Position numbers and translations under genes: made by a program. A stretch of DNA of 64,000 nt, from contig OZ287749.1 in the NCBI GenBank assembly GCA_965649765.1, forward strand, positions 87,544,001-87,608,000, given 5' to 3'. Origin of the DNA: Bispira polyomma. Lineage: Eukaryota. Numbering within the stretch: position 1 is the first letter of the stretch; each line of letters starts with the position of its first letter. Positions 37,497 through 48,992 of the stretch are shown one piece after another. The notes under the pieces were generated by a model. The model did not search any database and had not been told where the DNA came from. It saw only the letters and a list, made by a program, of their open reading frames with translations.

Positions 37497-40400
37497 CAGT
37501 CCCCAAGGTAGTGTTAAGTTCAAAGGTGATATTGCCCAAGGTCAAGTTGATATTATTTATTGGCGAGATGATATGCACAGGTAATGAAAATATTCTGTTT
37601 GAGGTAACAAACGTTGAGCCCCATAGGGCACGATTGACAATAAGAGAATAGCTCAATCCATAGCTATACTAATCAGTAATACACAATTCGACATATAATG
37701 CATTTATCAAATACATAAAATAATACTTTAAAGTAATAGGACTAGCCATAAAATATTTGAAAGTAACTTCACGTAAAGACTGGTTACCAACATAATCATA
37801 AACAATTTATCACATACCCCTTATTACATCAGGCTAAACACATATTAATTACTGCTCTTCTACTTCACTTTGTATTATTGATCAGTTTCAATAATCATGC
37901 TCGTGTACGCTTACTCCTAAACTCGGCATAAACTCCAGCAGGTCATGCAAGTGTAACCTTATTAGGTGGCCATAAGCTGCCCATAAACAGTCATACTTTT
38001 TGTAAAGTTATGTCAGTGTCGTTATTTTTTCTTTACCCTGGTGCAAGGAGCCCCAGACCTAGGACACCTAATCCAGAGGGTCCTGCTCCTATTCAACCCT
38101 GGCCCCCTAGACGTGTAACTCAGGGGGGTTTAGGAGACAGGATCCTCCACACGGCTATAGGCTCTGGCTACCGAGGCAAAGTTAAAATTTGCTTTAAACA
38201 TGTTATCAGTTGTGTCTCTATAAATGTGAGGTTGTGCGTATCTGCCATCCAAAGAGAGGCTGCAAATTAAATTCATTACATTTGTCTTATAGCTTTGTAT
38301 TCGGCCATATTTTAAGTTTAAATTTTTGAAACTCCATAGTAGCTGAGGTAAAGGGGAGGAGGTGGGAAAAATAAAATGTACTTGTTGTTGCTTTAAATTC
38401 AAGTTTCAATATGGAAGCCTAAAATAGCGGGAACTTAATTAGGTAGCTTGTGCTGTGATTGGTTGGAGTGTGGATTGACAGAAAGTAAGAATAAAAGTAG
38501 TCTAGTCAAATAAATGTTTAAGGTTGTATAGAAGTATTAACCTGTGGACTGACGTAGCAGTGCCCTAAAGGTGTCCTGCTTACCACAGTCCCCAAGGTAG
38601 TGTTCAAAAGTGATATTGCCCAAGGTCAAGTTGATATTATTTATTGGGATGATATGCAGTGTAAGACAGGTAATGAAAAGATTCCGTTTGAGGTTTTATT
38701 ATTTACATATTAGTTTCTCTATATACATTAACAGTTAGATACTTAATAAAGATGCTTAAAACTTTAAAAATTGTAAAAGACCTCCAAAGACCATGTGCCA
38801 TGATGTTCTGTAAGGACACATTATGGTTAAATGTGAAGGCGGCCCCAGACCTTCTAAATGTACGAAAACAATGAGACCTATATTGTAGTCCAATGTGTGT
38901 AAGAACCTTTTCTAAGACAACCCTAACATGCGAGTCTACTATGGTGACATAAGGGGGAGAGCCTACTTCAAACAATGGTGCTGTAGGAGGTAAGGTCTGC
39001 TTGATAGCAGTTTCTTGATTTCTGTGACTGGGCATATAATTCTGTTGTTAAGAAGTGGGATTTGAATTATTTGTGTTATTTCTATTCTGAAGGTTTTTGG
39101 CCCATTTCAAAATTATATGTGGGATGGCCAAAAATCACATCCTGCCTTAGAAAATGTCTGGAAGGGTCATAAGAAGCCCTAGAGTGAGGTGCTATGTTTG
39201 ATAGCCTTAAGAACCCCAAAAAGGCTACTAGAAAAATGGCCCTATATAAGATAGGGTCATCTAAAATGTCACAGGTGGCAGAAAGTTGTAAAATTTGATG
39301 GACAGTGAAAAGGCCCTTGGGTTTGGGCCTAAAATTAGAGTTGTGTGACAAACTCCTTAGAAATAAAGCCACTGCATCGTGTATAAATGGTGACAAATCC
39401 CATTGATATCTATTGGCATTGAATCTAATGGCAGCTATGTAGTTTTATATAGCACCTGGTGATATGTGATTCTGCACCAAGTACTCCAAAAACTGCATGT
39501 ACTGTTAATCCAGAAGCATCTGCAATTAAATAGATAAATTAAGGTTAAAAAATGTCAATGGAACTGATTTCAAAAAAAAGTTATTGATGAAAGGCTCTAA
39601 AGTTACACTACAGGGATCTTCATCTGAATAAATTCTGGACAAAGCAAAGCATCTGCAATGTTGTTCTTTTTACCAGGAATGTGCTTTATGCTTAGTGTTA
39701 TGTCATATGTTACTGTAATGAGCCAGATATTTCTAAGACATAACGCTAGAAATTTGTCTCTAGTTTTTTAGGAATCAACTATCAAAACTACAGCCATATT
39801 GTCACAATTGATGCTCAGTCTTTTGTGTCTCCACTGTTACGCTCAAACTTTCAGCGCGATAATTATGTTGAGCAGTTTCCATTGAAAATGTCATAGAAAG
39901 GTGTGGTGTATACTTCGTTATTCCAAACGCCTCCAAAACCTGTAAGGCAAGCGTCAAGGTGTAATTCTTTGCCAAAAGGGATGACGTCATGTGAAATGTA
40001 TGTGACGCCATTGAATTTCTGTAGAAAATGTATGAACCATTGTAGGTCATTTTTCATTTCAACAGTTACTTTGAAACGTTTTGCTGTATGATTGGTCCGG
40101 AATTCTGCCAATATTCTGTTAATAAAAATTCTGGCAGGGAGAACGCATTTATGGATGTATAACAGTTTCCCCAGTAACGACTGATACTGATTCTTCGATA
40201 TATACTGCTTAGCCTGTGTCTCCATACATGTGTTATGAACTTCTATTAATTTTTCTGGTTGAATTGAGATAGTTCCCTGGTCTATATCAAAATCAATTCC
40301 CAGGCATGTAAGTTTGGTTGTTAGTTAGTTTGTCCGGATTCATTGGGAGGCCAAGTTCTGTCATGAGCTGGTGTAAAATTTCAAATCCTTTCTGCGCTAC

Positions 40401-41957
40401 GCTTCTGGGAGCCACACATATGTAGTTGTCGATGTATCCGAATGTCTGGAAATGCTGTTTCATCATGTGTGACGTAATGGTGTCTGTGCAGTGCTGAAAC
40501 GCTGCACTGCCATGAGCCCACCCGAACGCAATTGCCGGATCAATGTATCAAAGTTAGACAGCATGGACCAGGTCGACTCTCAGGTTACACAAGCCCGCGA
40601 AACGTCAATTTTGAATAAGACTTCGTTCTCAGTTTCTCTTACTGCTAGTTTAATGTTATCAATTGTTGGAAATTTAAGAGTAAAGGCTACGTTATCGAAT
40701 TTTCCTTTGTTGACATTATCATTGAGTGAAGCTCCATATGGCTGAGAAAGATTTTAAAATTACCCGATGTTTTGTTATATCCTTGGGCCTAGTTAACAGT
40801 GGAGATCAATTGTAATGAGTGTTGTTAATATCTTGGCTTAGGCCCAACATTGCCCCAAGCGACATTTCTTTTTGTAAATAGTCATTTACTGCCTTAGGAT
40901 GTTGTAAAGGTGAAAAGTGTTTTTTTACTCTAGCAATCCTAACCTTATTCGGTTCACTTAGTGATAAGGGGAAGTCAAATGCAATGTACTGAATCAGTAA
41001 CTCGTCAGAATAGCCCTTAAGTAACTTTGCCTAGCTTCAATCGCCAACCCAGAACTTATTGGTATTCTGGCCTGACAATAATTGGGAACACCTGTGTCCC
41101 TAATAATGTCTGCCATTTCCAAAATTTTTGAAACAGAGTCGATTCTTATAGGTAATCTGTCAGGACCCTCAAAGTAAAACTTTGTGGGTGAAAGTGCTAT
41201 AAATCCGATTTCCTAATTTTTGTCATTAAAGTCCCTAGCTTGCCTGATGACAGGATTGCTAGTATGGTCAGTGTGAATCATTTCAGTAAAGTTTTCAGAA
41301 GACCCTGACTGTAGCATATGTGCTGTCTGCCTTCATGTCGCTGACATTATTGAAAACATTTTTTTTATTATCACAATCTTCAATTAAGGAATCAATATTT
41401 CCCTCAACAGTAAAATCTTTACCATTGCTTTTAACACATTGCATATCTCTCTTGTAAAAGTAGAATGAGTTATTAGCTTGTTTCATTTCCTCTACTGATA
41501 ATGTATCCCTTAGTACATTGGCTATCATTAGCCTATAATCAGCTAAGAAAATTTCAAAATTTCCTACAACATATAGCATACCACTTGGTGAGAAATCAAT
41601 AGGGCTATACACAAAGTTACCAGTATTTGGATCCCATCCTTGGGAGAAGAAACCCTGCATGAGACCCTTATTGTCTCTGATGAAGACTGTTGGTAATGCC
41701 CCCATGCCATAAGGCAATATATATTGCCAATTTGTTACTTCTACCTTTACTTTTTGATTATCTTCCCCAACGCTGGTCATAATGAGTTCATTCTTTATTG
41801 AATTCATGCTATTGTGACCTCCTGCATGCTTGACCTTTTCTCCCTGCATTACCTCAGGATCTTGTCTGACACAGCCCTGTCCATTTTGGTGAATGGATAT
41901 CAGCCCCACTGTCTCACCAGTTTCTGAAATGTCACTATTTACATCATTGACATGCAT
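37497..41957 (-). mobile_element. Ngaro-like (DIRS order) tyrosine-recombinase retrotransposon, degenerate, gag apparently missing
   Basis: RT ~41100-40250 (SPLLTRPK..RVIL.LSQPYGASLND, LKFPTID, FKIDVSRA, YIDN). RNase H 40225-39640 (LHLDACLTGFGG). Tyrosine recombinase 39480-38703 (FLGFLRLSN, TFRRSGA, HGLWRS). A ~109-bp direct repeat at 38586-38694 and 37497-37605 follows the recombinase. Confidence 0.9.
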
Positions 41958-42299
41958 GATAACATTATGTTTGGATTGGTTTAACTCATTTTGATATTGT
42001 TGGCCATAAAGAATAGTTAATCAAGTTCAACACTTCAAAGGGAATTTAACCTTAATCACATTTGCTTTATTTTGAAACTAAATCAATTTATAGTACAAGG
42101 TAAATAATAGTACGAAGGGATTTATAGACTTCCTCACATTTTATTTTCTATTAAAACTGACTGAGGATTTATATGTGAAAAAAAGTTTTAAAAGTTTTAA
42201 AAAACACCTACAAACCAAAAAGTCAAATTTTTAATGTAAAATAATGATAGATAATAAATTATTACATACTTATAAATTAGGTATTATCCTACTATCAGA

Positions 42300-42610
42300 A
42301 GGTGGGTGGTCGGCTCTGAAAGCACATCTTAAGAGAACTGGACAAAAGGGGTGTGGTCAGGGCATAAACGGGGCTTAAACTGCTCAGGACTTGTGTAAAT
42401 GGGGTTAAACTGCTTAGAACTTGTGTGATCTGGCCAGAAGTGTAATTTGGTGTAATCTGGAGCAAATGTTACATGAACGTGTGATGAACTGCTTAGATCT
42501 GGTTAGGGCATAAATTTGTCATAAACTGGGGAGACAAAACTAGACATATCCTGGGCATAAATGGGTGATGCAAATATATGCAAATGCAAATGAACATTTT
42601 CCCACATTTC
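42300..42610 (+). mobile_element. Diverged fragment of the Harbinger-type MITE family at 29950/34169
   Basis: Shares GGCTCTGAAAGCACATCTT, ACTGCTTAGAACTTGTGTGATCTGGCCAG and GATGCAAATATATGCAAATGCAAAT. Confidence 0.8.
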
Positions 42611-43205
42611 TCTACCGACCAAGCAACCAGTCATATATTGTGTATTTTGAAAATGCATACACGTGGTACGCATTAAATATATGTGGTTCTGAGATAGATT
42701 TGTTATTGATTTTTTTGTGTATATAAGGTGTTTTTATAAATACAGGCCATTTTTGCATGTCAGCAAGGCTAGAAATTCACATATTTGACTATATCGGTCA
42801 AACCTATGTCAGTGCAACCTAGATTTTTAAAACTGTTATTATAGTTTTTTGTTAAGAAAACTAATCGACTGCATTATCCCCAGAATTAAAAAGGATACCT
42901 GGTAAGTATGAAGTTTAATTTTAGGGCCGATTTTATGAAAATGCTGTCGCAACACAAAATCTGCAGTAGACCATCAATGAGTGAGACTAGCCTGGCTAGA
43001 CTTACTTATTAAAAAGGCATGTGAAATTAAGGAGTCCTGGAAATAAAGCATGCTTTAGAACATATATGAACATCACATAAAAATAATATATTGTAGCAGA
43101 CTGGACATACAAACAGAATACATGCTTGGTGTAATGCAATAAAGCTGACTAGAAATTTACCTAGATGTGTCATCACATTTTCTGTATTGTTTAATACGGT
43201 GTCAA

Positions 43206-43466
43206 AGGGGCAGCGGTGGCCTAGTGGTTAGCAAGCATTGTGCTTCACAATCACTGGTCTCTCACCTCAGGCATCTGCTGGCTTGGGTTTGACTCCTGCC
43301 GTTGCCTATATGGGAAAGGTTGTAGTTCCTTACTGTAAGCCGCTTGTTTCAGTGTACAACCTTGATCAACTCTATGCAGTGTTTCCTTCAGCGTTTCCAA
43401 CTTCCCGTCCCAATATAACGTAAACTAGAGTGGACGTTAAATATCCCAATTCCAAAAAAAAAAAAA
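43206..43466 (+). mobile_element. Full-length tRNA-derived SINE with poly(A) tail and 13-bp target-site duplication
   Basis: A box TGGCCTAGTGG, B-box-like GGTTTGACTCC, poly(A) tail. AATACGGTGTCAA occurs at 43193-43205 and 43467-43479. Confidence 0.92.
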
Positions 43467-43622
43467 AATACGGTGTCAATGTCAGGATTTTTGTTCAGAG
43501 GTTCTTTATTGGCCTCATTTAATTCAGACAAGGTGTCATTTCTCAGCCAGATTATCTTATTACAAATTTTCCCTGATCTCATTCTGATGTCCTTTCCACC
43601 AAGTTAACTTATTACAGCTTTC

Positions 43623-43800
43623 CCTTGGTCTCCTCCGTGGGGTGCATTTTCCTTTCTTCCTGATCGGTTGGCCTATTGCGGGTTTGCCCTGGTTTCATCC
43701 ACGGGATGCATTTTTCTTCTTTCCTGACCGATTAACCTCTTATGGCTTTGCCTTAGTTTCTTCCACGGGGTGCATTCTTCTTCTTTTCTGACCGGTGAGC
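43623..43800 (+). repeat. ~64-bp tandem repeat, 3 copies
   Basis: CCTTGGTTTC.TCCACGGGGTGCATT.TTCTT..TTCCTGACCG-like unit three times. Confidence 0.8.
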
Positions 43801-44599
43801 GTAAGTATACTTAGGGAGCTTTAGGGAACACAAATTGGTAACAAGCAGGAATAAAAACTTGGAAGTTTATATATGTCAAAAGAACACAAAAGTGGTGCAT
43901 ACTTAAAACTGAAAACAATCTCAAGAAGTCAACCCAAGAATCAAAAGGGGTAAACAACACAACATAAAAACATTCCACCTGAGAATTTGTCGTTGAGTAG
44001 CAGAAAATGGTTAAAAACATACAAACATAATAACAGAAAATAATTGTCATACAATTGTGCAAATTAAGTACATTGACAAGAAAATAGTGCATTTTTCAAA
44101 GAATTTGGAATTATTCAAAGCTACACAAACCAATTACTACCAAATTACAGTCTTCACCAAGAAATGAATCACTTTAGCATAGTTAGAGATTTCTACCAAA
44201 GAATGTAAACAAAAACAAATGCAAAACACAACACTTAGATTATGCATTAAAGTTATACATGTTAACCCTCCACCAGATTTATACATTCAAAATAGCCTTG
44301 TAAACTTCCCTACTCCCATGATCCTCCCCACATACCAGCCTGCCTATTTAATACTTCCTTGCTTCTAGAAATTTTACCTAATTCATTTAGACACTTTGGA
44401 TCAAATAAATACCCAGTACTATAACCACACCCCATCTACAATATAAAGCTCAATAAAGCAAGAAAATACAACTATTTACAATCATGAATAAGAACGAATA
44501 TTCCTGAATCAAGTCCCAAGTCCAGTCATGTTCCATTTCTTTTATCCTATCCTACCACACCCAAGTAACCTAAGTGATACTTCTGTCTGTCATCTTCTT

Positions 44600-45120
44600 A
44601 TCATTAACAACAGGCCATGGGGATACAGGAGCGGGCTACGGGTGCGGGAGCAACAAAGGCAGGTGCCCCCATGCCATAGGAGGTACTCCGCTGCGGTTGA
44701 AATTGTGGATACTGTTTTGGTTGTTGCTGGAAAAGCGTGAATCCTACCTCCTCTTGAGCCTGTTCCTATAAGTTGCTGACCAGGTTGAAGGCCTCCTCTC
44801 TAAAGGTGTTGAACAAAGGTTCCAACAGTTTATCAGTCTCTAAGGACAGCCAGCTCATTAAGACGGCGCTTGGTCCCTCAGGCTTTGGTTTGATGGCATC
44901 CTTCAGGAAGCCGGCTATCCTAGCTTCGATCCCGGACATACTGTCCTTAAAGTCGGCTGACAATGCATCATGGTGGGTTGGAGTGGACTGCCCTCCATAG
45001 GCAGATGACTCTTGGGAAAGTCTGGCTGGTGACAACAACAATAAGGACTCCGCCATCTCCAGTTCAGCTTGGTCTATGTCGGACTGGGATCCCCTTGATG
45101 TCTGCGACCTGTCTGCCCCA
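44600..45120 (-). mobile_element. Probable C-terminal remnant of a Harbinger accessory (Myb/MADF-type) gene
   Basis: ORF 44766-45056 (..LMSWLSLETDKLLEPLFNTFREEAFNLV) plus a Gln/Pro-rich tail resembles the fragment facing the Harbinger transposase. The DNA-binding domain itself is not seen. Confidence 0.35.
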
Positions 45121-45569
45121 CTGTTTGTTTCTTGCTTTAATCATTCAGTATTATCTAAGCACCCAAATATCTTCACGTGTACATGTGGTCGTGATGATTT
45201 TGAGTGATTTATTATTGAATTCAGAAAGTATTAATAATTTTAGTAAAAAAACATCAGGATAGCCTTGTGGCCAGGCTGTTCAGTACACATAAATTGGTGT
45301 GGAGTGAAGTAGTCTTGGTGGGAGAACAAAACACTGATAACATTTGTATACTGGCCTGACTTGTCTGCCTAAGATATTGTGTGTATATTTTTTATTGCAA
45401 CCCAGTTTTTTTGCCCTTTATTTCATTTAAATCCAAAAACTGTGTACTCTACATAGCATAGCATCTACATAGCATCTACAGTGCTTGTAGGTAGAGATTC
45501 CTTTGGGCGCTAGTATATGTTTATCACTTGATAACAAGGCTCTCCAGTTTAACCAAATATGTATATTAA

Positions 45570-46812
45570 AATTTGGCATCTACAGAAAAACTACTTCCAT
45601 GTTTAAGAAAATATAAAGACCTATCCTCCAACTTGCTGAACCCTGTCAAATCCTGTGTCAGGCAAGTGACCATCAGTAAGGGACTTTATGGCAAGACGTT
45701 TACGGAAGACTTGGAGCCTTAACTACAAGGAAGTCTTGCAGATGGTATAATTGGACTATACAATGTTAATCCAGACATAGAGCATTGCATTTTTGAAACA
45801 AATGTTATATATTATTCAGCTTCTGGTTTAGCTGCTGGACGTGACAGGTGGATAGTTAAAAAGGATGAAAGTACAGGTGCCATTGTGTTTGTACACAGTA
45901 ATGGGGAAGCAATACTAAATACAACATTAACAAAGAAGTTAAAATCCAGTTCACAATTTAGAGATCCAAATGGCCTGTTTTTTTAATATTTTTAAACTAC
46001 TGCTGGGAAAAAACTACACAGATAGATATATGTCCAATAGAATATTACAAAGATGGTAGATCCATTAAATATAATCAAGTGATTGTATCTGTGAAGGATA
46101 ATGTGAGTCATGTGGATTTTGTTGCAGCAGGAAAATTTCAAGAGTGGCCCAGATACATTCTTTGGCTACAAACTAAAGGGAAATGGCCAAGCAAATTATG
46201 CAGCAAGATATTTCATTTGAACGTAGTTGTAGGAATAACAGGTTGACGCTGCTTGTTTGCAGATGTTGAAACTGAATTGTTTTTATGGATAAGCACCTTT
46301 TAGAAGCATGCATATGTCCTCTTTAAAAGCATGTTCTATCGCTGTTTCAGACCAATCTCATGTGCCAAATATGGCGGTGAGAATGATGCTTTCTTCACTT
46401 CATATTTGGCCAAGACAACCTTCTTGTTTGAGGTACACCCACCAAAAGATGGAGTTTGGCAATGTGTAGATTCAGCAGTTTAGTTACTTCTGCAAGCTCT
46501 CTTAAAGTATTTTGAGCAAGCAGATCTGCTTCATTTTGCACTGAACCATAACCTTTTTGGAAAAGGCACAGCCATAACTACTTGCAATGCAACATTATGC
46601 AATCAGCTGTGAAGCAATCGTCAGAAATGGTAGATAACTTTAAACAGTACCTCCCACAGGAGAATCATTTCAACCGACTGATCAAAATGATCTCCCTAGC
46701 ACATAGAAGAATTGACTGTCTGATTAAACTTCTAACCAATATACAGTATATGTACTATACTGTAAAACGGAGCCACAAAAAGGGGCTTACGAAGGTTTTA
46801 TGTAATATTTAA
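45570..46812 (+). pseudogene. Mab-21/cGAS-like receptor (cGLR)-family nucleotidyltransferase pseudogene
   Basis: Manual translation through stops: LQGSLADGIIGLYNVNPDIEH ... HVDFVAAGKFQEWPRYILWLQTKGKWPS ... G*RCLFADVETELF..F*KHAYVLFKSMFY ... FTSYLAKTTFLFEVHPPKDGVW..LLLQALLKYFEQADLLHF..NHNLF. Stops at 45720, 46244, 46301 and 46481; frameshifts near 45985-46005 (with adjacent TAA codons) and 46580. Confidence 0.85.
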
Positions 46813-47387
46813 CTTTCTCACAACAGCTAACTTGTTGTTGGCACTGGAAACAAAAAATGGACTGATTCTCACTTGATAACTTTGTAATAACTCTTTGTGG
46901 TCATGAAAACAGTCTATAGAATTGGCAATAGTGAAATAAGAACCAAACTTCAAAAAGTAAAAGTGATTAAAGATTCACTTTTTCTAACAATCTTTTCAAG
47001 AACTTTGTAATTCTCAGCATTATCATATATTTGTACATAAGGCTATTTTAATTCAATCCTCTTCTGCAAACGTTTGTTATTTGTATAAATTACTATTAAA
47101 TGAATATACATGTATTAGTAACATATTATTCCACTGTTACATGTAAGTCATTAATCATTCTATATGTATTAAGTTTATATATCCATTTAATCTCGTATAT
47201 ATCTTAGAAGTAAGGTTAAGTTACAAAGTGACCTACTGTTACAGTAATGTTACCTGTCAATACAAATTGCAATATGAGCAAATACTGAACTTGATATATT
47301 TATTTAAATAATTGGTATTGTTTTGTTGTCACCCAAAAAATTATTTGGTATATATGATTTAGAAGTGGTATGATGCTAATACAATTA

Positions 47388-47561
47388 CAGTGGAGCCGTC
47401 TTAAGTCGAATCTAAAGGGACCATAAACATTTATTCTACTTATCAGAAATTATACTTAACAGGGTAAATTTTAATTAGAAACGCAACAATGGGACCTCAA
47501 AATAACTTCTACTTGACAGGTAATTGCACTTATCAGAGTTTCACTTACAGGGGTATGACTG
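47388..47561. mobile_element. Tc1/mariner (pogo/Tigger-like) MITE
   Basis: TA|CAGTGG ... TGACTG|TA with imperfect inverted ends. Confidence 0.6.
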
Positions 47562-48437
47562 TATTTATTAAAGTAATATTAAAGGAAATTTATTTGAATC
47601 TATCGGAGGAAACTTGAAATCTATGTGGAAATTTTTCATGTAGGTGACAATATTTACCCGAAATACAATATTTTACTTTATAAACTTAACATATGTCTCA
47701 CTTTACCAGAATTTAACCATACCCTTTTAATTATTGCTTTGGCTGATTAGTAGTTACTTTTTATATTCTAAATCAAACCCTACTGCCAAGCTTTTAAGCC
47801 TTTAAAGTATGCCATTATAACAAGAACTAAGCATAACATTCTTATACTACTTGATTGTTAAGGTTATCTTGACAGCTTAATTGGTAGAGTGTCTAATTTG
47901 GACCTCAGTGGTTATCACAGGACTTGCGAGTAGCATAATTTAGACGTCTCTTAAACATTAAATTTGAACTACTTAATTAATTCAAAACTCATTTTACACA
48001 AACCTTAATTTCTAGCCATATAATAACTAAATTACTACCACACCTTTAGCCAATAGATATTTGATAGATTTAAATTTGAGTTTACCTATATATAAAACAA
48101 AATACTGACTAACAAGCTGTATTTCGGACATACAAGTGCAATATAGGCAAACCGGTTACAAGTTGGCAGTCTGTTGTAAATTGGCCATTAAATAGTAAAT
48201 TATAATTATTGTAAGACGCTACATACTAAATGGACCATGGCACAGTTGCTAGGGGGTGGGGTGGAATTACTGGCAGGCGATGTCATAAACTAGTTATAAT
48301 ATATCACAAAGTTAATGTCAGGGGTACTAGTGTTTCTTAGGGGTACTAGTGTATCACATCGCCGGCCAGTAGTCCCCATAGAGTTAAAGTAAAACAATTA
48401 CAATAATGATATTATGAAAAGTACAGTTTTGCTATGC

Positions 48438-48992
48438 AAACTAGAAAATGGTTTTAAAAACAAAGCGTGCCTGAAGTTGAAGCAATAATATAGTTGTTTT
48501 AGTGTTCATGGTTGAACGTAAGTTGAAGTCACAACAGTAATGACAGCTGCCAGAAATTCAAGATGGTCAGAAAAATTGGAATTTTTTGGGAAAGTTAACA
48601 TAAGCAGAACAAGCCCTATGGGTAAAACATGAGCTCGAAATCGCTTTATCTAGCAACATTTTCAAGATAATGAACGTGTCTGAAAGAGACATCAAAATTC
48701 AAGATGGCCACCAAAATCGGAAATTTTTTGGAAAAGTTGGCAGAAGCAAAACAATCCCTGCAGGTTAAAAATTAGCTTGAAATCGCTCTGTCTCGCACCA
48801 TTTCTGAGAGAATAACAGCGATATTTCAACATTTTCGAAATTTAAATTGTTCTATCTCATTAACAATCAAATATTTTGGTTGGGGTTAAAAAACAATAAA
48901 TATTTAGGCTTTTTTTTAAAACTTATATGCTGCATGTACTGCTCTTAAATTAAAAATAAACAAACCCCCAATCAGTCAATTATCACCAGATT
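48438..48992 (-). mobile_element. Older, truncated copy of the HINE family at 56324-58857 (~2 satellite monomers)
   Basis: Shares the AACTAGAAAA..AAGCGT.CCT.AAGTT end, AGAAATTCAAGATGG and GAGCTCGAAATCGCT monomer motifs, and CAATCAGTCAATTATCACCAGATT. Confidence 0.85.

Noticed and set aside
46244-46246. Selenocysteine or readthrough recoding of the TGA in the cGLR frame
   Set aside because: It aligns with a conserved Trp, and the frame also has TAA/TAG stops and frameshifts; ordinary decay explains it.
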